A program made the translations under genes and the position numbers. The notes under the pieces were generated by a model. That model was given only the letters and a program-made list of their open reading frames with translations. It made no database searches and had not been told where the DNA came from. From Tepidisphaera sp. (GTDB lineage Bacteria > Planctomycetota > Phycisphaerae > Phycisphaerales > UBA1924), in contig CP051526.1 of assembly GCA_050916045.1 (NCBI GenBank), forward strand, positions 1,568,001-1,632,000: 64,000 nt of DNA, written 5' to 3'. Positions 56,359-64,000 of this stretch are shown here, piece by piece (positions within the stretch are counted from its first letter, which is position 1; every line of letters starts with the position of its first letter).

Positions 56359-57006
56359 ATGATTCTGCTCATCGACAACTACGACAGCTTCACGTGGAAC
56401 CTGGTGCAGCGTCTGGGCGAGATCGACCCCAAGCTGGACCCGGACAGGGACCTCGCGGTCGTGCGGAACGACCGGATTACGCCGGAAGAGATCGAGACGT
56501 TCCAGAACGGCGGGCTTCCAGATCGGATCATCATCTCGCCGGGGCCGTGCAGCCCGAAGGAAGCGGGGGTCTCGTCGGCGGTGATCCAGCGTTTCGCGGG
56601 ACGGGTGCCGATCCTGGGGGTGTGCTTGGGGCACCAGTGCATGGCGGACGCGAACGGGATGACGGTGACGCGGCACGCGATTCAGATGCACGGCAAGACG
56701 AGCGAGGTGAGCCACGACGGGCGGGGGATCTTCGCCGGCGTGCCCAATCCGTTCGTCGCGACGCGGTATCACTCGCTTGTGGTGCTTCCGGAGACGATTC
56801 CCGTGCGGCGCGAGGGTGACCGCGAGTGGTGGGAGGTTTCGGCGTGGTGCACGGACGTGATTGAGGGAAGCGAGCGGAAGGTCGTGATGGGCCTTCGTCG
56901 CGTCTTTGCGGACGGTCGGCCTTCGGTCGAGGGCGTGCAGTTTCACCCCGAGAGCTTCCTCACGATCGAGGGGCCGAAGCTGCTCAAGAACTTCCTTGAG
57001 ATGTGA
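56359..57006 (+). CDS. trpG: Anthranilate/aminodeoxychorismate synthase glutamine amidotransferase (TrpG/PabA)
   Basis: IDNYDSFT, ISPGPCSP, GVCLGHQ, RYHSL, QFHPES. Confidence 0.9.
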   Translation: MILLIDNYDSFTWNLVQRLGEIDPKLDPDRDLAVVRNDRITPEEIETFQNGGLPDRIIISPGPCSPKEAGVSSAVIQRFAGRVPILGVCLGHQCMADANGMTVTRHAIQMHGKTSEVSHDGRGIFAGVPNPFVATRYHSLVVLPETIPVRREGDREWWEVSAWCTDVIEGSERKVVMGLRRVFADGRPSVEGVQFHPESFLTIEGPKLLKNFLEM

Positions 57007-57009
57007 CCG

Positions 57010-57843
57010 TCAGCGGTCGTCGCGGAGGACGTCGCGGTTGTAGACGCCGTCGTCCCAGACGGCGATGTCGCGAAGATTCTCGGCCTTCACGATGGCGGCG
57101 TGCGCGTCGAGGAATGCGATGTTGCAGCCCCCGCCGTGGCGTTTGATCGAGATCCGGCAGTTCACGGCGTTTTCGTTGACGTGGCTGTCGTCGAAGAAGT
57201 CGTACATCTGCCCGAGGGCGCCGTCGTCGATGAGGGGGTTGCCGCGTTGTTCGTACGCTTCGCGGTAGAACGCTCCGGACTTGTCCTCGGTGAGCTCGGC
57301 CATCCAGACGGTGGAGGAGGGCTTGGTGGCCCATTCGCCGCGGATGGGGCCGCGGCGCGGGTCGGGGTTTGCTCCGCTTGGCTGCCGCGGAGTTCCGGGG
57401 GAGGAGAAAGCGATGCCGTTGACGATGTAGTGGATGCGGTGGCGGTCGAGGGGCCGCGTGGGGCAGCGGTAGTAGGGAGCATCGACGAAGACATCGGTGC
57501 GTTCGAAGCCGGCTTGGGGCTCGGCGCGGCCGTCGACGTAGGGGCGCATGGCGACGGGCCAGTTGGGGTAGGTGATGGGGCGGCGGACGCCGCCGAAGGT
57601 TCGGGGGTTGGGCATGACGCCCTCGCGCGGGATCCAGTCCTTGAAGTCCTGCTGGTACATGCCAAGAGCGGTGGCGAGGCCGCGCTGCTGCGCGAGGCAC
57701 TTGGTCGCTTTGGCGGATTCGCGGGCTTTGCCCAGAGCGGGGAGGAGCAGCGAGATGAGCAGGGCGATGATCGCGATGACCACCAGGAGCTCAATCAGCG
57801 TGAAAGCCGAGCGGAGGTGGAAGCCGGGTGGGGTGTGCTTCAT
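57010..57843 (-). CDS. Prepilin-type N-terminal methylation domain protein with H-X9-D motif (DUF1559-like)
   Basis: [38 protein letters not shown]. Confidence 0.88.
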   Translation of the reverse strand: MKHTPPGFHLRSAFTLIELLVVIAIIALLISLLLPALGKARESAKATKCLAQQRGLATALGMYQQDFKDWIPREGVMPNPRTFGGVRRPITYPNWPVAMRPYVDGRAEPQAGFERTDVFVDAPYYRCPTRPLDRHRIHYIVNGIAFSSPGTPRQPSGANPDPRRGPIRGEWATKPSSTVWMAELTEDKSGAFYREAYEQRGNPLIDDGALGQMYDFFDDSHVNENAVNCRISIKRHGGGCNIAFLDAHAAIVKAENLRDIAVWDDGVYNRDVLRDDR

Positions 57844-57980
57844 GGGTGGCTTTGGGCTCCAGCGAACCAGAGGCAGTCTACCCGAAAACGGCTCGGCCAC
57901 CAAGAGGTGTCGGATCGTGGGGGCCGGCGGGCCGGAGAGCGTGCGGGCGGAGCCCCGCCGGAGGGCTCGGCCCCGCTATC

Positions 57981-58439
57981 ATGGCGGCGATGATCACGCC
58001 CCATCCGACGACGAAAATCGCACCGTATCTCACCCGGGGAACCCTGTCGGCCAACCACGCCGCGACGGCGACCAAGCCCGCGTATGTGGTGGTTGAGATC
58101 CCCAACACGAGCTATCAGCTTCACCTCATTCCGGCGGCGGCGATCTCGACGCCCGTGGGGAAGAAGACCATCGGGGTGATCCGGGCTGAAGCCCGCCGCG
58201 TGGATGTCGTCAAGAGCGGCGGGCGGTACGTCGAGCCGGTCGCCGGGCGGCCCCGCCGCGTGCAGGGTGCGGTGATCTCGAAGGATGTGTCCGCGAACAC
58301 GATCACGGTGAATGCGGGCGTGCCGATCGTCCTCAAGCTGACGGACGCTCGCCAGCGAGCGGATCAGTTCGCCGACGGCGACTTTGTGTCGTGCGATGTG
58401 CTTGACGGGGCGACCTACACGCCCTCGACCGAGGCCTGA
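57981..58439 (+). CDS. Hypothetical beta-rich protein
   Basis: TSYQLHL, GRYVEPVAGRPRRVQG; host codon usage. Confidence 0.7.
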   Translation: MAAMITPHPTTKIAPYLTRGTLSANHAATATKPAYVVVEIPNTSYQLHLIPAAAISTPVGKKTIGVIRAEARRVDVVKSGGRYVEPVAGRPRRVQGAVISKDVSANTITVNAGVPIVLKLTDARQRADQFADGDFVSCDVLDGATYTPSTEA

Positions 58440-58450
58440 GGGAGGTCCGC

Positions 58451-59353
58451 GTGCCGAGCGTGACGCGGCGAGCACCGGCGAAGGTCAACCTGGCGCTGAG
58501 CGTGGGAGCGGCCGAGCCCTCAGGGGCCAAAGCCGGGTGGCACCGCATCGCTTCGTGGATGGTGTGCTTGGATCTGGCGGACACCGTGACGGTAAAGCCT
58601 GCGGCACGGACATCGCACCGGGTGGTCTGGGCGACGGATGCCGTCAAGCCGACCCCGATTGATTGGCCGATCGAACGCGACCTTGCAGTTCGGGCCCATC
58701 GGGCGCTCGAAGCGAGGGTCGGGCGCGAGTTGTTTTGTGAGATGGTCGTCGAGAAACGCATCCCGGTCGGCGGCGGGCTTGGCGGAGGGTCGAGCGACGC
58801 GGCGGCGGCTTTGCTCGCGCTGCGGGAAGCGTTTGGGCTTGCGGTGAGCGATGATGAGCTTGCGGCGATCGGGGCGCGGCTCGGCAGCGATGTGCCGTTC
58901 TTTGTCGATCCCGATTATCGTCCCGCGGTGGTGACGGGGTTTGGTGAGACGATTGATCGGACGCCGGCGGTTTGCGGGGAGCTTCTGCTTGTTGTGCCGC
59001 CGTTTGGCTGCGGGACGCCGGAGGTCTACCGGGCGTTTGACGCGATCAAGCGGAACGGCGGGCCGGAGGAAGCTCGCGTCCGGGCGCTCGCGCACGCGAC
59101 GATCGATCCCTCGGCGTGGTTTAACGACCTCGAAGCGGCGGCCTTCCGCGTCGAGCCGAGGCTTGCCCAGATCCGCGATCGGGCGAGCGAGGTTCTGGGC
59201 ACGCGCGTGATGATGACGGGGAGCGGGAGCACGCTTCTCGCGTGGCAGCCCACGGCGGCGCGGATCGGTACGCTGCGGGAGCGGGTACTTGCGGATCGGG
59301 AGTCGGAGGGGCCGCTCGCGGGGTGCGTGGCTCTTTCCACGCGGTTTGTTTAG
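58451..59353 (+). CDS. ispE: 4-diphosphocytidyl-2-C-methyl-D-erythritol kinase
   Basis: APAKVNLAL, KRIPVGGGLGGGSSDAA, LGSDVPFF, MTGSGS. Confidence 0.93.
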   Translation: MPSVTRRAPAKVNLALSVGAAEPSGAKAGWHRIASWMVCLDLADTVTVKPAARTSHRVVWATDAVKPTPIDWPIERDLAVRAHRALEARVGRELFCEMVVEKRIPVGGGLGGGSSDAAAALLALREAFGLAVSDDELAAIGARLGSDVPFFVDPDYRPAVVTGFGETIDRTPAVCGELLLVVPPFGCGTPEVYRAFDAIKRNGGPEEARVRALAHATIDPSAWFNDLEAAAFRVEPRLAQIRDRASEVLGTRVMMTGSGSTLLAWQPTAARIGTLRERVLADRESEGPLAGCVALSTRFV

Positions 59354-59375
59354 GGTCGCTTTCCGGAGGTGATCG

Positions 59376-60902
59376 ATGCGCGTCGTTCTTTCCGCTTTGG
59401 TGATGATGGGAGGCGCGGAGATCTTGTGGGCGCAGCCGGAGCCGGCGTCCCCCGAACGGCAGGAAGTGGTGCCCGAGGCCAAAGCTGCTTCGTATGTGTC
59501 GGCTTCTCGGAAAGACCTCGCGTTGGCGTATCTTCAGTTCGAGAAGGCGCTCCGCGCGTCCCCTCCGAAGGGCGAGAAGATCGCGGACTACAACCGGCGA
59601 TTTGATCAGGCGAGCATCGCGTTTTTCTCGGGCCGGTACACCTCCGCGGTGCAGACTCTCGCCGAGATGGTTCGGGAGATCGAGGGACGAACCTCGACGC
59701 TCGAACGGCGGGTGGCGGAGTCGCTTCGGGTGACGCCGACGGCCGCGGTGATCCACCCGGGGAACAAGGACACGGCGGCGATTGCTTTCGCGCCGATGTT
59801 CTCGGCCGGGGAGATGGGTGCGAGCGATGTGGTTGGCTTGGATGTGGTGCTGGTCGCGAGCGACGGGCGGGAAGCGTGGCGGGCACCGCTTGAGCTGAAG
59901 GTCGAAGGTTCCAGGTTGGCGAGTTTCACGCTTGAACTGGCGGCGAGGTTTGATTCCATGCCCCGGGGTGACTTTGAGATCGTTGTCGCGTCACGCAAGG
60001 GTGCGAGCGAAGCGATCGAGATCCCCAAGGGTCGCGTGACGATCCGAGGTGCGTCGGTGGAGGAGACGCGTACTCGTCTGGAGGAGCGGCTGAAAGCGAT
60101 CCGGCCGACGGGTCCCGAGAGCGAGCGGGCTGGGGCGACCGCCAAGGCTCGGGCGGGATTGCTCGTGGACGAGGCGAGCACGAAGGTTTCGGCGCGGTTT
60201 CTGGCTTCGATGGACGCACTGGCCGCCGCGACGGAAGCGGAGGTCGCGGCGATTGAGAAGGGGGAGAATCCGTACAAGGGCAAGCCCGGCGACCACTGGC
60301 GTGTGGTGATGAGCGGCGAGGTGTCGGTCCCGTGCCGTGTTTACGCACCGGCACGCGTGGCTTCGGGAGTGGCGTCTGTCCCGCTCGTGGTCGCGTTTCA
60401 CGGAGCGGGCGGGGATGAGAGCATGTTCTTCGAGGGCTACGGCGGTGGGCTGATCCGGGAGCTTGCGGACAAGCACGGGTTCATCGTGGTGTGCCCGTTG
60501 ACGTACAGCGCGGCTTCCAACGTCGCGTTCGATCGGGTTGTCGCGGACCTCTCGGCGGACTACCCGGTTGATTCCAAACGCATCTACCTGATCGGGCACT
60601 CGATGGGCGCCGGGGCGGTTTCCTCGCTCGCGGCCGGTCGGTCCGAGGTGGTCGCGGGAGCGGCATGCATCGCGGGGGGCGGGCTTGTCTCGGCGCCGAA
60701 GGAGGGAGTCCGCCGTGCGCCGCGGTTCGATGTCGCGGCGGAGCTGGATCCGCTCTTTTCGATCACGCGGGCGCGGAAGGCGGCGGCGGGCGTCAAGCCG
60801 CCAAGCCGGTTCCTGGAAGCCGAAGGATGGGGGCACACGCTCGTGGTCGGGCACGTGCTGCCGGAGGTTGTCGACTGGCTTCTGGAGCAGAAGCTGCCCT
60901 GA
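59376..60902 (+). CDS. Secreted alpha/beta hydrolase
   Basis: PLVVAFHGAGG, RIYLIGHSMG nucleophile elbow, WGH. Confidence 0.8.
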   Translation: MRVVLSALVMMGGAEILWAQPEPASPERQEVVPEAKAASYVSASRKDLALAYLQFEKALRASPPKGEKIADYNRRFDQASIAFFSGRYTSAVQTLAEMVREIEGRTSTLERRVAESLRVTPTAAVIHPGNKDTAAIAFAPMFSAGEMGASDVVGLDVVLVASDGREAWRAPLELKVEGSRLASFTLELAARFDSMPRGDFEIVVASRKGASEAIEIPKGRVTIRGASVEETRTRLEERLKAIRPTGPESERAGATAKARAGLLVDEASTKVSARFLASMDALAAATEAEVAAIEKGENPYKGKPGDHWRVVMSGEVSVPCRVYAPARVASGVASVPLVVAFHGAGGDESMFFEGYGGGLIRELADKHGFIVVCPLTYSAASNVAFDRVVADLSADYPVDSKRIYLIGHSMGAGAVSSLAAGRSEVVAGAACIAGGGLVSAPKEGVRRAPRFDVAAELDPLFSITRARKAAAGVKPPSRFLEAEGWGHTLVVGHVLPEVVDWLLEQKLP

Positions 60903-60933
60903 GCCGGGAAGCTTGCGAGGCGGGCGATCTGAA

Positions 60934-61854
60934 TCAGTCGATCCGCACCATTGTCGCGTACTGCCGGTACCGCTCGTCGATCTCCTTGCGGGCAAGGGTC
61001 TTGAGGCGGTCGAGGCTGAACGCTTCGATGGTGAAGCTCGCGATGATGGTGCCGTGAACGAGGGCGCGGCGGATGGACGCGATCGAGCCCGGGTCGGTGT
61101 TGGCTTTGTCGGCCGCGATCGAGCCCATCATGCCGCCGGCGAAGGTGTCGCCGCAGCCGGTGGGGTCGACGATCGTTTCGGTCGGGAACGCGGGGAGGGC
61201 ACAGATGCCGTCGCGGTGGACGAGGAGGCAGCCGTGCTCACCTTTCTTGATGACGACGAAGCGGGGGCCCATCTCGAGGATCGCGCGGCCGGCCGAGACG
61301 CTGTTGGGCTTGCCGGTAAAGAGCTCGGCTTCGTCGTAGTTGAGGACCAGACCGTCGACCTTGCGGAGCAGGACCTGCAGGTCCGGGCGGGCGACGTTGA
61401 TCCACAGGTCCATCGTGTCCGCGACGGAGAGCTTGCGCTTGGGGGCCTGCTCGAGGAACCCGTTCTGGACCGCGGGTGGGCCGTTGGCGAGGAAGACGTA
61501 GCCCGAGTCGGCGTAGAGCGAGGGCACGGTGGGGGGGTGTTCACCGACGACGCCGAGCTCGGTGAAGAGCGTGTCGCGGGTGTTCATGTTCTGGTGGTAC
61601 TTGCCGCCCCAGCGGAAGGTCTTGGAGCCCTTTCGCGTTTCGAGTCCGGCCGTATCGACGGATGGGAAGGCTTTCAGGGAGTCGCGGAAAGCGGGGGGGA
61701 AGTCCTCGCCGACGGCGGCGACGAGGCGGACGGGGCCATAGAAGGACGCGGCGGCCGAAAAGTACATGCACGAACCCCCAAGAACCTGGGTCGCATGCCC
61801 GGTGGGAGTCACGATGTCGTCGATGCCGATGGTTCCGGTGACAAGCAAGCTCAT
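60934..61854 (-). CDS. PfkB-family carbohydrate/nucleoside kinase
   Basis: LGGSCMYF, DTMDLWI, KKGEHG, DPTGCGDTFAGG. Confidence 0.9.
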   Translation of the reverse strand: MSLLVTGTIGIDDIVTPTGHATQVLGGSCMYFSAAASFYGPVRLVAAVGEDFPPAFRDSLKAFPSVDTAGLETRKGSKTFRWGGKYHQNMNTRDTLFTELGVVGEHPPTVPSLYADSGYVFLANGPPAVQNGFLEQAPKRKLSVADTMDLWINVARPDLQVLLRKVDGLVLNYDEAELFTGKPNSVSAGRAILEMGPRFVVIKKGEHGCLLVHRDGICALPAFPTETIVDPTGCGDTFAGGMMGSIAADKANTDPGSIASIRRALVHGTIIASFTIEAFSLDRLKTLARKEIDERYRQYATMVRID

Positions 61855-62007
61855 AGGGGGCAAGTGTAGAACTCGGTGCCGGTGCGCGTCGGGCGGCTCG
61901 GCAGGGCGGGGTTTGGGGTGGTGCGCGGGGGAGTATCCTTCACCGATGGCGATGGCTTTTGCGACATGCCGATCCGGCGGGGGGCTGACGTCCCCGGGGG
62001 TTCGCGC

Positions 62008-63498
62008 ATGAGCATGCTCGCCCGACTGCTTGAGCTTGAGCCTCCGCCTATTGCGCCCGAGATGGAGGATGCGACGTTCAAGCTTGCCCTCGCGGCGGAG
62101 CGGACGCGGGTGCTGCGGCGGCGGCTGGAGTGGTACTGCGGATTTGGGGCCGCGGCTCTGACGCTGAGTCTGCTCTGGAACCTCGCGACGCTCTGGTTTC
62201 AGTGGGATGAGACGGCATCGGAGCGGGCGGGCACGCGTCTGGACGCGGCGAGCGATTTCGTGCTCGCGTCGGTCTTCGCCGGCGCGGCGATCGTCATCAA
62301 GAACACCAAGCCGGACCATGAGGGGCTGGTCACGATCCTTCGGCGGCTGTGGCTTCTCGCGGGCGGGATCGCTCTGTTGACACAGCCGCTGACGGAATAC
62401 CTGAATCGCAATCCGGGCGTGAGCGTCGGGGAGGACACGGCGGCGGTGCTGACGGGGATCTCGGCGCTGGTGGCGGTGTTCGTTCTGCACGTGGCGGGGG
62501 CGCTGATCATCCCGCTGACGTGGAAGGAAGCGGCGACGCCGATCCTGCTGCTTTGGGTAACGTTCGCGGTGGTGGCGATGGTGCTTTATCCGGGGCACTG
62601 GGCCGTGCGCGTGCTTTTGATTCTGGTCTTCCCGCTGGTGGGCTTGCCCGGGGTCTTCTGGAGCTATCGAAGCTACACGCTTCTGGGTGAGCGGTTTCAC
62701 ACGCGGGTGCTCGGCGAGCGGTACGGAGAGCTCAAGTCCGAGCTTGCGTACGCGCGGCGGATCCACGAATCGCTCTTCCCGCCTCCGGTGGACCGCGGGC
62801 CGTGCGAGGTGCGGTACTGGTACGACCCGATGCGGGAGATCGGCGGAGACTTTCTCTACATCCACGCTCCGACGGGCGCTGGGGCGGAGGAGTCGACGAC
62901 AGTCGTGCTGATCGACGTCTCGGGGCACGGGGTGCCGGCCGCTCTCGCCGTCAACCGGCTCCACGGCGAAATCCAGCGGTTCTTCGCGGAGAAGCCGCAC
63001 GCGACGCCGGCGGAGCTCGTCGCCGACCTCAACGCGTACGCGCATGCCGCTCTCGCCGGGCAGGCGATGTTCGCCACGGCGGTGGCCGTTCGTCTGACCA
63101 AGCTCGAGGATGGACGGGCTGAGCTTTCGTGGTCCAACGCCGGGCACCCGCCGGGCGTGGTGCGCACGGCGACCGGCGGATGGAGCGAAGCCGACGAACT
63201 GTCGGGCACGTGCACGATGCTCGGCGTGCTGCCGCCCGAGCTTTTCGAAGCCGAGCAACGGGTTCGAGCGCAGCCGCTTTCCCCCGGTGATCGCGTGGTG
63301 CTCTTCACCGATGGCGCGATGGACACCCGGGATGAGCATGGCGAGCTTCTCGGTCTGCCCGAGCTTCACCGCGCGCTGCTTCCCGGGAGGCAGGGGGCCG
63401 AGGATCCGCTCGAGGGCGCCAAGCGGCGGATCCAGCAGCACCGCGGGCGGGCGGCGCTCGCGGACGACTGCCTGGTTGTTCAGATGACCGTGCGCTAA
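62008..63498 (+). CDS. Membrane PP2C/SpoIIE-type protein phosphatase
   Basis: Multiple TMs; IGGDF, DVSGHG, NAGHPP, FTDG, DD. Confidence 0.88.
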   Translation: MSMLARLLELEPPPIAPEMEDATFKLALAAERTRVLRRRLEWYCGFGAAALTLSLLWNLATLWFQWDETASERAGTRLDAASDFVLASVFAGAAIVIKNTKPDHEGLVTILRRLWLLAGGIALLTQPLTEYLNRNPGVSVGEDTAAVLTGISALVAVFVLHVAGALIIPLTWKEAATPILLLWVTFAVVAMVLYPGHWAVRVLLILVFPLVGLPGVFWSYRSYTLLGERFHTRVLGERYGELKSELAYARRIHESLFPPPVDRGPCEVRYWYDPMREIGGDFLYIHAPTGAGAEESTTVVLIDVSGHGVPAALAVNRLHGEIQRFFAEKPHATPAELVADLNAYAHAALAGQAMFATAVAVRLTKLEDGRAELSWSNAGHPPGVVRTATGGWSEADELSGTCTMLGVLPPELFEAEQRVRAQPLSPGDRVVLFTDGAMDTRDEHGELLGLPELHRALLPGRQGAEDPLEGAKRRIQQHRGRAALADDCLVVQMTVR

Positions 63499-63500
63499 AG

Positions 63501-64000
63501 CTATCCGGCGTTCACGGGCGTTCCGGCGCCGAGCTCCTTCGCCGGCTTGTCGATCACGGAGGTCACGCTTTCGGGCAGCTTGAGCACCTCGACCATGCCG
63601 CCGTGCGCGGCGCCGAACTCAACCCGGTGTTCGACGACCTTGCCGTCCTTGACCGAGAAGACCCGCTGCACGCCGGCGAACTGGACGGTGGCTGATTCGG
63701 GCACGAAGCGAGCATTCGGATCGGTGCGGGTGAGGACGCGTGCGCGGGCGAAGCTGCCGGGCTTGAGCAGGCCGTCGGGGTTCGCGGCTTCGATCTCGAT
63801 GCTGAAGGCCCGCGTGGAGACATCAACCGCCGGAGCGATGCGCGAGACGGTCGCAACGAAGGGGTCGGCGAATCCGTCGACGATCACGTTGGCCGGTGTG
63901 TTCGCGGCGATGTCCTTCGCGAAGCGCTCGGGGACAAGCCCGCGGAACTTCACGCGGTCGGTGGCGACCAGGCGGAAAAGCGACTGCCCCTGCGCGACGA
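63501..64000 (-). CDS. RND efflux periplasmic adaptor subunit (5' end outside window)
   Basis: VSRIAPAVD, LKPGSFARA, VPESA. Confidence 0.8.
   Translation of the reverse strand, partial: VAQGQSLFRLVATDRVKFRGLVPERFAKDIAANTPANVIVDGFADPFVATVSRIAPAVDVSTRAFSIEIEAANPDGLLKPGSFARARVLTRTDPNARFVPESATVQFAGVQRVFSVKDGKVVEHRVEFGAAHGGMVEVLKLPESVTSVIDKPAKELGAGTPVNAG

Overview
High-GC bacterial chromosomal window, most consistent with Planctomycetota (Phycisphaerales-like). This is inferred from GC-terminated dockerin-like tails, an H-X9-D prepilin and planctomycete-type secretin-N and HTH-membrane proteins. Contents: partial pilT, a GH2 glycosidase, ubiA, tlyA, lpxI, an ~18 kb flagellar cluster (TPR, FlgN-like, FleS/FleR-like sigma54 two-component pair, flgBC, fliEFGHIJ, fliK, flgD, flgE), a NarX/NarL-type pair whose regulator is interrupted by an in-frame TAG, four secreted dockerin-tailed proteins, speA, purB, a RAYT-type transposase inside a 79-bp REP array, ndh, phoX, trpG/pabA, ispE and others. 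The top candidate novel system is an orphan phage-derived module at 8.6-13.1 kb: a CI-like repressor with a degenerate peptidase domain, divergent from a tandem sigma4-like HTH gene, an ABC ATPase and GNAT acetyltransferase (same frame, one TGA apart) and a terminase large subunit. It has no integrase, portal or capsid and sits among housekeeping genes, so it may be a domesticated, GTA-like DNA modification/packaging unit. Other leads: a nearly charge-free N/F/G/T-rich prion-like protein with a structured leader, an ANGGA-rich CsrB-like sRNA candidate, and a sigma28-type-promoted small RNA. All calls come from reading motifs by eye; no searches or folding were run.
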